41,726 nt of DNA from a virus. The notes below the pieces were generated by a model, which ran no database searches, was not told where the DNA came from, and was given only the letters and a program-made list of their open reading frames with translations. The position numbers and the translations under genes were made by a program. Location of the stretch: IMG/VR virus record IMGVR_UViG_3300027911_000028, one strand, 5' to 3'. This document shows positions 33,659 through 41,158 of the stretch, piece by piece; position 1 is the stretch's first letter; each line of letters opens with the position of its first letter.

Positions 33659-33767
33659 TGTTCCTCCCGATCATCAGCCATAGGGCGATGAGCAATAAAT
33701 TTGTTGTGATCGCGATGACTGACAACAGTCCGATCGCGATGTCTATCTTCTTTGGTACCATGTTCAT
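33516..33767 (-). CDS. Possible small membrane ORF overlapping the next gene out of frame
   Basis: ATGA overlap with the upstream stop. MNMVPKKIDIAIGLLSVIAITTNLLLIALWLMI is a clean TM segment, but the last ~45 codons are Arg/Gly-rich and overlap 33302-33658 by 143 nt. Confidence 0.3.
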   Translation of the reverse strand: MNMVPKKIDIAIGLLSVIAITTNLLLIALWLMIGRNNEDSGVQQREKQRVLRRVLPAEGGSRRYGRNVRGPSGEGPDERDQVH

Positions 33768-34162
33768 TCACCGAGAAGGGCGAGGATCAACTTCACCCTT
33801 TTTTCGGCACTAAGTTTCATCGCGAGTATCTCAAAAACATTCTCAAATAGTTCATCAAGTACAGCTCTTTCATGAGCTCGATCTGTCCAATCTTTCGGCT
33901 TCGGTTGATCAGCTTTTTTTTGTCTTTCTAATGTGACGACCTTTTTCTTTGATTTGTTCGGCCTGTTACATTTTTTTTGAATCCTATAGCCCATCTTGAT
34001 CATGAATTTCGACATGTCCACTTCGCGGATCGGTGATCCATTTAGTTTCACAAAATCAGGGAAGTGATGCTCGACGATGTCCTTGTACGACATCCCGTTT
34101 TGATTGAGCTCTTTGATCTTGTCAAAATGCCTCGGCTGTAGGGTCTTCTGTTCTTCGTTCAT
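33764..34162 (-). CDS. Hypothetical Lys-rich protein, 132 aa, possibly HTH
   Basis: ATGA overlap with the ATPase gene. IKELNQNGMSYKDIVEHH is HTH-like, and the centre is basic (KKCNRPNKSKKKVV). Confidence 0.55.
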   Translation of the reverse strand: MNEEQKTLQPRHFDKIKELNQNGMSYKDIVEHHFPDFVKLNGSPIREVDMSKFMIKMGYRIQKKCNRPNKSKKKVVTLERQKKADQPKPKDWTDRAHERAVLDELFENVFEILAMKLSAEKRVKLILALLGE

Positions 34163-35598
34163 TGCAAAGTCCTTTCTATTTTCCCGTTCGACATAATTAT
34201 GGCTGGTGATCCAGGGAGAGGGTCACCGACCTTTGAAACAAAATACGTGAACCCGTCATCCTTGGTCTCATCCAGGAAGGCCCTCCAAGTCTGCTCATCG
34301 AGTGCTTCGAGGCCATCGATGCAAATGATCTTCACCTTCTTAGCGTGAGCTCGTGCGATGGCCACGGCGAGACGCATGGACTCTGAGGTGGACAGGTTCT
34401 CGACCCTGACGTCGTTGAGCAGGAACTCACCGTCACGATACTCGAGGCCCTTCACTGGCATCTGAACTGATGACATTAATTTCTGCTTGATCGGGCCCGC
34501 GAGCGAACGGACCTTGTAGTCCAGCGATTGAGCGAACATCTTCGCCGTCATGCATATCGACTGAAGCTCATCGACGGCTCTCTTCTGCGCCTGTTGTGCC
34601 TCGTACGTCTCTAGTTCCTTCTTCGCTATGTCGAGCGCGAACCTTTCCCGCCGCATAACCTCCTCCAACTGTTCGAAGTCTTGGATCTCCGGCTCCGGCA
34701 TCGACTTCAGTCTCGCGATGGATGCGAATATTTCATGCTTCCGGCCATCGATGTTCTGAGACCTCTCAGAATACCTCAGCCTCAATTCATCTATTTTTTT
34801 TTCCAGTTCCGCGCCCATGCTGTCGAGCTCGGCATCCAACGCGATGACCGTGGCCTCGGCGCGCTTGATCTCCTCCTCGACCTTCAGCGATTGCTTGATC
34901 GCGAGTTCCTGCTCCTTCTTGTTCTTGGTGATCTTCGTCATCGTCGCGTTCCACCTGACCGCCTCCCTCTCGAGGTCATCCCAGCTCATCAGCGGCTGCT
35001 CGTGATTCACGAGCTCGGCGGACTTCACCTTGAAGCGCACTTCCTTGTCGATCGCGTCCTTGTTCGCCTCAGCACGTCGCTGGTACATGTACTTGTGTAC
35101 GTCGTCGATGACCTTCAGGCCGTGCTGATCGAAGTTCACCGGGGGCAATTCCTCCGGCTTCATATCCAGTGCTGCAGCGATGTCGTCCGCAGTCACCCTC
35201 AGGTTGATCGCGGAGAGGATGGCTTCATTCCTCTTCTTCGGATCCAACAGTTCGATCGGATTGAACGCGGCAGAATCGAACAATTGGTCGAGGTATGATT
35301 GGGGCGCCTTCACCTCGAAGTCCCCCTTCGTGACCATCGTCGACTGTCTTCCAGTATTGTGGATGCGTCTACGGATCTTGGTGTCGTCGGAGAGCTCGAC
35401 GAGGATCTCCGCAGCCTCCTCGCCATTCCTCACCATCGCTCCATCTGTGGATCCCTCGGCGGCTATCCCGAGCGCCTTGAGGATCGACGTCTTCCCCTGG
35501 CCGTTACGGCCCGTGATCTGGTTGATGTGACCTGGCTTGATCTCGACGTCCGAGATCCCCAGGAAGTTCTTGATTCTGATGCTGACAATGTCCGACAT
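34159..35598 (-). CDS. SMC/Rad50/RecF-like ABC ATPase with a coiled-coil insert, 479 aa
   Basis: Walker A GRNGQGKTS, about 230 aa of heptad-rich sequence, a signature-like LSTSESMRL, and Walker B/D-loop KIICIDGLEALDE. Confidence 0.75.
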   Translation of the reverse strand: MSDIVSIRIKNFLGISDVEIKPGHINQITGRNGQGKTSILKALGIAAEGSTDGAMVRNGEEAAEILVELSDDTKIRRRIHNTGRQSTMVTKGDFEVKAPQSYLDQLFDSAAFNPIELLDPKKRNEAILSAINLRVTADDIAAALDMKPEELPPVNFDQHGLKVIDDVHKYMYQRRAEANKDAIDKEVRFKVKSAELVNHEQPLMSWDDLEREAVRWNATMTKITKNKKEQELAIKQSLKVEEEIKRAEATVIALDAELDSMGAELEKKIDELRLRYSERSQNIDGRKHEIFASIARLKSMPEPEIQDFEQLEEVMRRERFALDIAKKELETYEAQQAQKRAVDELQSICMTAKMFAQSLDYKVRSLAGPIKQKLMSSVQMPVKGLEYRDGEFLLNDVRVENLSTSESMRLAVAIARAHAKKVKIICIDGLEALDEQTWRAFLDETKDDGFTYFVSKVGDPLPGSPAIIMSNGKIERTLQ

Positions 35599-35666
35599 TC
35601 GGACTCCTTCCGTTTCGGCACAAATTCTTGTGTGCGTTTCAGGTTGTCATACTCATTAATTTTAAA

Positions 35667-36515
35667 TTAGTAAACACTCATTTTAGATCTCAGCTTGTTC
35701 AAGTCGTCCTCTGTGAGCTCATCTATCTTGAAGCAATAGGTCCCGAGATCGGGGTGCTCGAAGTAGAGGCGTTGTGGCGTCTCCTTGTCGAACTCGAAGC
35801 CATCGATCAATCGATCGAACGCGGTGGCCAAACCGTTCTCGTGGTAGTTCTTCGATTGATAGTTGACACCTTCAGAGTCTTGATACTGGGTCGGGGTGAA
35901 TGGGTGACCGATGAAGGCCAAGAACTTGCTGATGTTCGCCTCTGACAGGCCGTGGAAGTACTTGGTTCTAATCTTGGGGAGAGTGATGCATCCGTATGGG
36001 ACCGGATTGTCGCCCTTTCGGATTCGCTGCATGCTCTCTAGCTGCTTCGCATGCGTCTCGACCTTTTCCTCGACCACATCGACACGAACGACGGTCTTTT
36101 TCAGTTCGGCGCTGGTCCTGGCCGCAATCTTCTCCTGATTGACCATTTGCTGGGCGTACGCGAGGAGCTGCTCTGCGTGGGTCATTCCTGAACTATAGCT
36201 TCCTGTTTTTCGGACTGATGGAAGCACATCGGACGTAACCCATTTCTTGAATTTCTTCGCCTCTTCTTTACGCGATCCCATTATCAAAGAATAAAGCCCT
36301 GATTCGTTTACTACCGTGTAGGCTTGTCTCTTTCCTGCGGAATCAACGAGGTCTCTTGAAGAGACCTCGTCTTGGTCCAATCTCTTCGTTGCCAGCGCAA
36401 CCCTCAACCCCAATGCATCGCAAACGTCCTTAGCGACGAACCAAGGCTCACTTGCCTCATCTACGTGCATTCTTATTTCGTCGTTTTGAAATTGCTTCGT
36501 TATCAGTTCATTCAT
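35667..36515 (-). CDS. Bro-N domain antirepressor-like protein, 282 aa
   Basis: FQNDEIRMHVDEASEPWFVAKDVCDALGL...VNESGLYSLIMGSRKEEAKKFKKWVTSDVLPSVRKTGSY is a clear Bro-N signature. Confidence 0.8.
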   Translation of the reverse strand: MNELITKQFQNDEIRMHVDEASEPWFVAKDVCDALGLRVALATKRLDQDEVSSRDLVDSAGKRQAYTVVNESGLYSLIMGSRKEEAKKFKKWVTSDVLPSVRKTGSYSSGMTHAEQLLAYAQQMVNQEKIAARTSAELKKTVVRVDVVEEKVETHAKQLESMQRIRKGDNPVPYGCITLPKIRTKYFHGLSEANISKFLAFIGHPFTPTQYQDSEGVNYQSKNYHENGLATAFDRLIDGFEFDKETPQRLYFEHPDLGTYCFKIDELTEDDLNKLRSKMSVY

Positions 36516-37113
36516 CTTTCGTCTCCTTCTTGGTTTGTTGAATCCACTTGCTCGCCGGTACGTTGATCAGGCCCGAATTGCTCGTTCCCCGGCCCTCCAG
36601 CGCATTTTTCGGTGTCGACCCTAGTGAGATTGGCTGGTCCAGCTTCCCGGCGTTCTGGGCCTCAATAAGCGCTTTCGCGAGATCCCGCGATTGTGCGTGA
36701 TAAGTCAGCGCGTTGAGTTCCGACCCGTGGTTCTCGCAAAGGTACTGCCACCCACCGGAGCGTTCGACGACCTTCCACCCGAGCTCGCCAATGTGCTTCC
36801 GGGCACCGACCGGATCAGGCCACCCAAACTTTCCGATGGCTTCACGTATCCGCGCCGCCGCCTCGTTCGCCTGAGCGTCCGGGGTCATGACCGGGCACAC
36901 GATGGCCCTCACGTCTGATGACTTCGGCCAGGTCTTGTTCTTCGGGTCACGACGATAGACCGTGAGCGCATTCAAACACTTCTCGAAGTCGAGGTCCTCG
37001 ACGTCCTCCACCACCATGCGGGCCACTCCTGTGTCGATCTGGCGATCGTACAGCTTCGCGGTCTGCACCAACCTCGCCGCGAACTCGTTTCTTTGCTCCT
37101 GAGTCCAGCTCAT
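36508..37113 (-). CDS. Replication-associated protein, helicase-loader-like, 201 aa
   Basis: ATG 37113 is in an ATGA overlap after AGGAGGGG. It sits downstream of the initiator-like gene. The N-terminal pattern (LYDRQID...FEKCLNALTVYRRDPKNKTWPKSSDV) resembles G39P-type loaders. Function call is weak. Confidence 0.45.
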   Translation of the reverse strand: MSWTQEQRNEFAARLVQTAKLYDRQIDTGVARMVVEDVEDLDFEKCLNALTVYRRDPKNKTWPKSSDVRAIVCPVMTPDAQANEAAARIREAIGKFGWPDPVGARKHIGELGWKVVERSGGWQYLCENHGSELNALTYHAQSRDLAKALIEAQNAGKLDQPISLGSTPKNALEGRGTSNSGLINVPASKWIQQTKKETKDE

Positions 37114-37937
37114 ATCCCCTCCTCGTAGATCTTTCGGATCGTCTCGTCGTACTCGTCCTGCTTCTCGTACTGCCGGATGTGAGTCTGCGTGATCGGCTGG
37201 TTCCGCTTCATCTGCGTGTAGAGCGTCTCGGCGTCTTTCAGGCAATAACCGAACGCGTGGGTGTTCTGCAGGTAGAACGACTTGTTGTGCTCGACGTAGA
37301 ACTTCACGACCGCGACCGCGTCCTCGGCCCCGAGTCGTTTCACGAGCTGTGCGACCTGACCGTTCACGGTGGCGTTTCGTTTCGGTTCGAGGTTCCATCG
37401 TTTCACGAACGCATCGCGATACGATTGCCAGACGGCTCGGTTGCCTTCAACTTCGGCTGCTTCTTTTTTAGGCTTCTTTGGCCTCTGCGGTTTCACGAGA
37501 ACAAGCTCGTTTTTCGGTTCAGGATCGAGCGAATGCTGAACGGGCTCCAGTGGAGGTCCTTCGACCTCGCTGGAACTTCTTGTAATGTCATGTACTGTCT
37601 TGTCTTGTAATGTAATGTAATGTCTAGTAAGGGCGGTTTTTGATACCTTAAGTAATTGATATCTCTCAAGCGACTCGAGGCATTTTGACAGCAATCCATC
37701 ACCAACTCGCAGGTATCTCGGCAGCATTCCAGCATGAAGTGAGATGGAACCCGACGCGAAGTCAGCAGCAACCGCAAGGCAATACAGATACATTCTGAAC
37801 TCAACTGCATTGCATTTTGATATCATTTCGTTGTCAAAGATGCGCTTTGAGACCATGAAATGAGTGTGACCTCGCTTCTGCTTTCCGTTGTGTTTTTCCC
37901 AATTGGGGATGGTTATTTCGTAGGCATATTTGGACAC
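37110..37937 (-). CDS. Replication initiator-like protein with an N-terminal winged-helix-like domain, 275 aa
   Basis: GTG 37937 sits 5 nt after GGAGGGG. It is the first gene of the leftward early block. A phased DNA repeat and AT-rich tract lie inside it at the domain boundary, as with lambda O. Confidence 0.55.
   Translation of the reverse strand: MSKYAYEITIPNWEKHNGKQKRGHTHFMVSKRIFDNEMISKCNAVEFRMYLYCLAVAADFASGSISLHAGMLPRYLRVGDGLLSKCLESLERYQLLKVSKTALTRHYITLQDKTVHDITRSSSEVEGPPLEPVQHSLDPEPKNELVLVKPQRPKKPKKEAAEVEGNRAVWQSYRDAFVKRWNLEPKRNATVNGQVAQLVKRLGAEDAVAVVKFYVEHNKSFYLQNTHAFGYCLKDAETLYTQMKRNQPITQTHIRQYEKQDEYDETIRKIYEEGI
37581..37625. repeat. Nine consecutive 5-bp units TGTNN: tgtaa tgtca tgtac tgtct tgtct tgtaa tgtaa tgtaa tgtct
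   Basis: Read directly. The 5-bp phase is not a multiple of 3. It is flanked at 37636-37665 by an AT-rich stretch (ggtttttgataccttaagtaattgatatct). Confidence 0.85.
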
Positions 37938-37942
37938 TTTGT

Positions 37943-37979
37943 CCCCTCCGTAAAATCAGTTTTACAATCTCGAGAGGGG
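37943..37979 (-). promoter_or_regulatory. Leader hairpin able to sequester the SD of the initiator gene
   Basis: The minus RNA reads CCCCUC-ucgagauu-GUAAAA-cuga-UUUUAC-g-GAGGGG-acaaa-GUG. The 3' arm GAGGGG is part of the SD GGAGGGG. Confidence 0.4.
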
Positions 37980-38221
37980 TTGTTATGAACCGTTTCAAGC
38001 GGTACACGATATCACCCTATCGTCGCGATCTCTGAGGGCTGCCAGGCTCATCAGAGAACACTAGCCCCCCGAGCTTGTCCCTCGAGGAGCCATTTAAAAA
38101 TTTGATCTCTTATACTCAAACCTTGATCAGAATAAACCGAAAACGTGTAAAAATGACACGCGTTGTCGTATTTTCTATGACCATGCTCATACCTATGGCA
38201 AAACATTGCGTAGGAGGCAAT
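37980..38221. promoter_or_regulatory. Divergent control region between the leftward early block and the xre-type gene
   Basis: 242 bp noncoding, holding two TTGATC boxes (38102, 38123). TTGATC-N18 is followed by an AAAAAT/TAAAAA -10-like box at ~38147-38154, overlapped by the inverted repeat CGTGT-N7-ACACG. Also present are palindromes TCTCGAGA (37968) and CCTCGAGG (38079), and TCTCTGA-N15-TCAGAGA (38030-38058). Confidence 0.4.
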
Positions 38222-38482
38222 ATGGACAGACTCGGAAAGCTTATTCGTGAGGCAAGAGATAGCAAGGGTGAAACGCTCAAAGAAATGGCAAAAGCGATCA
38301 AGTGCTCAGAGGCATTCGCTCGGCACATTGAAAGCTCTCAGTCAGTGCCAATCAGCGATCGGTTGATTCAGGCATGCATCGCTCATTTCAAGTTGCCGAA
38401 GGTGAAAACCATAGCTGCAGCGAAGGAGCGATACACTCGCGGTCGTTCATACTATCGCAAATGGAATGCTAAGCAGGCTTGA
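38222..38482 (+). CDS. XRE-family HTH transcriptional regulator (Cro/CI-like), 86 aa
   Basis: ATG 38222 sits after AGGAGGCAAT. LGKLIREARDSKGETLKEMAKAIKCSEAFARHIESSQSVP fits the HTH_XRE pattern. Confidence 0.75.
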   Translation: MDRLGKLIREARDSKGETLKEMAKAIKCSEAFARHIESSQSVPISDRLIQACIAHFKLPKVKTIAAAKERYTRGRSYYRKWNAKQA

Positions 38483-39656
38483 CCGCAGCAATCCGCTTTT
38501 CGGCAATTGTCATGTATTGAGGGTCAATTTCACATCCGACGAAGTTAAACCCTAGACGCTTGGCCGCGATGCCGGTCGTTCCTGAACCCATGAATGGATC
38601 AAGAACGATGCCGCCTGGTGGTGTGATCAAGCGAATGAGGTATTCCATCAGCTTTGCTGGTTTTACCGTAGGGTGGATGTTTTGAGTTAATCCCGTTCTA
38701 CCGGCACCGGCACGAGGTGAATTAGATCCAGCTGATCCTGGAGGACAAGACTTATTTACAATTCCGACATCAAGATCTTCGCATCCAGCGTTTCGTTCTC
38801 CTTTTGAAGCTTTGGCAACATAGAAGAAGCGCTTAGATTCTCCGAGCATTTCACCTGCTTGTTCATCGAGCAGGACATTGGCCGGCCATCGTCCAATTGT
38901 TTCACTTGACGGACCTCTCTGCATGACCGATCCGAATATGGCGCTGGCGCTGGTATTCGTCCGCCTTTCATCACCAATCTTTGAACCATTGATGTTGATA
39001 GATCCAGTTCCCCATTTGAGCACGTTTTCGGCCACCGAGGATTCCGACAAGGGCTTCATTGCAAGGCAGATCGGCTCACATGCTGGCTTGAGTGCTGTTC
39101 CCCATCCATCCCACTTTAGCGAAGCGGGCGAAGCGGGCTTGGTGATCTCATACATCGCTCCCTCAGTAGGAACATAACCATCATTTGCACCGCGAGTCTT
39201 TGCAGCGCCATGTGAACCCTTCGTTCCTTTATTCGGTCGCGCTGTTCCTTGAAGAGGCCTTGTTGATTCTACTTCTCGATCGACACCCAACCAAGCATCG
39301 ATTCCCTTGCTCACGTTGTGAGACTTTGGAAAGCCTGAGCCATAGAGCCAAGACAACATGTCGCGAATCTCGAACCCAGCATTCTCCATGCGAATGACCA
39401 TCATGTGATAGGTCCGAGTTCCAGAGAATGACAAAACGTGACCGCCTGGCTTCAAAATGCGAAACGCCTCTTTCCACATATCGACCGATGGAACATCATA
39501 GTCCCATGACTTGCCCATGAAGCTGAGTCCATAGGGTGGATCGGTCACGATCGCATCGATTGAATTGTCAGGCAGCTTTCGCATGGAAGCGATGTTGTCG
39601 CCAAGTAGTAACTTAGTCTTCGAGCTTGTAGCCGCATTTCGGGCACTCTTTGCCAT
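38469..39656 (-). CDS. DNA methyltransferase, N6_N4_Mtase family (beta class), 395 aa
   Basis: Motif IV AIVTDPPYGL is near the N-terminus, and motif I VLDPFMGSGTTGIAAKRLG near the C-terminus. ATG 39656 was chosen; the ORF is open to 39728. Confidence 0.85.
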   Translation of the reverse strand: MAKSARNAATSSKTKLLLGDNIASMRKLPDNSIDAIVTDPPYGLSFMGKSWDYDVPSVDMWKEAFRILKPGGHVLSFSGTRTYHMMVIRMENAGFEIRDMLSWLYGSGFPKSHNVSKGIDAWLGVDREVESTRPLQGTARPNKGTKGSHGAAKTRGANDGYVPTEGAMYEITKPASPASLKWDGWGTALKPACEPICLAMKPLSESSVAENVLKWGTGSININGSKIGDERRTNTSASAIFGSVMQRGPSSETIGRWPANVLLDEQAGEMLGESKRFFYVAKASKGERNAGCEDLDVGIVNKSCPPGSAGSNSPRAGAGRTGLTQNIHPTVKPAKLMEYLIRLITPPGGIVLDPFMGSGTTGIAAKRLGFNFVGCEIDPQYMTIAEKRIAAVKPA

Positions 39657-40221
39657 GCTTCTCCTTAACCTTAGCGGTGAATGTGACCTCTTTAGTTTCC
39701 TCTTGTGGTGTGAATACGTCCTGACCAATCACAGTCGCATCCGGAAAGAAGCCTTTAGTGAATCGGTCCATGTCGAAATCAGCAAATGAGAAGTGCGATG
39801 CGATCTCATCCGAAGAAAGTCCAAGGTCGTTTGTGAAATCAAACAAAGCTTTCTGATCAACGACTCCATACTGAGAGGCCATCGCGAGAATCTTCCTCTT
39901 GGCGTCGTTCACGTTCGACGCCTCGACGTAGCTCACTGGCACCGCCGGGATCTTCCATCCGTCGGCCTTCATGCGATTCAAAACCTCGAGCCGCTGATGG
40001 CCATTCAGGACGAACACCTTGCCGGACTTCGGGTCTTCCCAGATCGAGATTGGCTCGATGAACCCATCGGCCTCGATCTCGCGCTTGAGCCGCTGGTAGT
40101 TCTCATCGGGCAGGGTCTTGAGCTCGCCCTGCAGTGGAGTCAAGAGGTTGATCGCCAACGTGCCGGCGCCCTTGCAGGCTATCCGGACGACCTTATCATT
40201 CGGTGTCTTCTTCTTTGCCAT
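39613..40221 (-). CDS. ParB-like nuclease domain protein, 202 aa
   Basis: LKREIEADGFIEPISIWEDPKSGKVFVLNGHQRLEVL is a ParBc pattern, with a C-terminal CPKCG. Possible starts are ATG 40221 (no SD) or GTG 40236 (AGGAAA upstream). Confidence 0.7.
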   Translation of the reverse strand: MAKKKTPNDKVVRIACKGAGTLAINLLTPLQGELKTLPDENYQRLKREIEADGFIEPISIWEDPKSGKVFVLNGHQRLEVLNRMKADGWKIPAVPVSYVEASNVNDAKRKILAMASQYGVVDQKALFDFTNDLGLSSDEIASHFSFADFDMDRFTKGFFPDATVIGQDVFTPQEETKEVTFTAKVKEKHGKECPKCGYKLED

Positions 40222-40330
40222 GCGTAGAATATACACGTTTTTCCTGAGCCTGTGTCAAGTTGAGACAATATATTATTTAGTTATTTACTTTTTTAATATA
40301 TATTGATATATTGTATTCATGGAGGCAAGA
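40222..40330. promoter_or_regulatory. AT-rich divergent promoter region
   Basis: Rightward: TTTACT (40284-89), N17, TATATT (40307-12), then GGAGG and ATG 40331. Leftward, on the minus strand: TTGACA (40258-53), N19, TATATT (40233-28), then 6 nt to ATG 40221. AATATATT-type boxes repeat at 40268, 40297 and 40305. Confidence 0.45.
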
Positions 40331-40564
40331 ATGCCAAGCAAAGCTGAAAGAATGCAAGCGGTCGATACCATCCTGGCTGAACTGAGAGCTATGATCTCAG
40401 ATGGACTAGATAACTCAGAGTATGAATTAGCCGATGAATCTGCTTTTGAGTTAATTCATAGCTCAGTTGTTGAATACCAGGATCTTGATGAGGCTAGGAC
40501 AATTGAGTTGTATGAAGCCTATTCTGATGAGTTGAGTGCAGAGGTGAAAAATGAAACAAACTAG
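40331..40564 (+). CDS. Highly acidic small protein, 77 aa; first gene of the rightward operon
   Basis: ATG 40331 sits 5 nt after GGAGG. By my count it has 20 Asp/Glu versus 5 Lys/Arg in 77 residues. Confidence 0.65.
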   Translation: MPSKAERMQAVDTILAELRAMISDGLDNSEYELADESAFELIHSSVVEYQDLDEARTIELYEAYSDELSAEVKNETN

Positions 40565-40916
40565 AGTCATCATCATCGACTCAGAAAAACGAGAGGTCAG
40601 AGAGGGGACTGTGTCTTCTCTTGAGGATTGTCAGAAGCTCGTCGGTGGGCTGATTGAACGCGCTGGGTATCTGATCACGAATGATGAGGTCTTCGTGAAC
40701 GAAGAAGGCCTCATGGGTCAACCGAAGCACTTCTTCATGTTCCAAGGCGGTCACAGTCCAGTTGCTGGGAATGGATACATCACGGGCCCAACTGATTCAA
40801 AAGGCAATGAAACTGACTGCACGCTGAGCTTGGAACAAGCTTATCGCAAGATCAAATTTCTGGACATCAACACCGTGGCTCTGGTTGCTCAACTCCGCGG
40901 GGACTCCGAGGAATGA
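40551..40916 (+). CDS. DUF3846-like protein, 121 aa
   Basis: LEDCQKLVGGLIERAGYL...VFVNEEGLM fits the VGG-x-IE ... NEEG pattern of DUF3846. Confidence 0.55.
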   Translation: MKQTRVIIIDSEKREVREGTVSSLEDCQKLVGGLIERAGYLITNDEVFVNEEGLMGQPKHFFMFQGGHSPVAGNGYITGPTDSKGNETDCTLSLEQAYRKIKFLDINTVALVAQLRGDSEE

Positions 40917-41158
40917 GGAAAGCCTTCAGCCCAAAAGCAGACGAGATCTATCAGCTCTTGCTGGTGATCTCGTTGCTGGAACCTCTCCATGAGACAAACA
41001 TCAGCATCACCGAGCTCAAGAGGATTGCAAAACGGAACTACTGGACACAGGCGAACATTCAAACCGTCAACGAGGCTTTCGACATGCTGGTCAAGTATGA
41101 GCTCGATAACAAATACCAACTACCGCTGAAGCGGAAAGTGAAAGGGAGTATCAAATGA
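40913..41158 (+). CDS. Hypothetical protein, 81 aa
   Basis: ATGA overlaps on both sides; no motif. Confidence 0.55.
   Translation: MRKAFSPKADEIYQLLLVISLLEPLHETNISITELKRIAKRNYWTQANIQTVNEAFDMLVKYELDNKYQLPLKRKVKGSIK

Noticed and set aside
34794-34802. A9/T9 homopolymer inside the ATPase gene (also T8 runs at 33911-33919, 33964-33972 and 31996-32003) as phase-variation switches
   Set aside because: They encode in-frame Lys-Lys or Phe-Phe stretches in AT-richer genes, and the frames are intact. There is no evidence of slippage from a single sequence.
36508-37398. 296-aa version of the loader-like gene
   Set aside because: The N-terminal 95 codons are an Arg-rich overlap with the initiator gene's C-terminal coding region. 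ATG 37113, with AGGAGGGG and an ATGA overlap, is the credible start.
39613-40221. ParB-like gene as evidence for a plasmid-prophage partition system
   Set aside because: There is no ParA, no parS-like repeat cluster and no plasmid replication or telomere functions. The tight pairing with a methyltransferase fits the ParB-nuclease-domain/methylase module instead.
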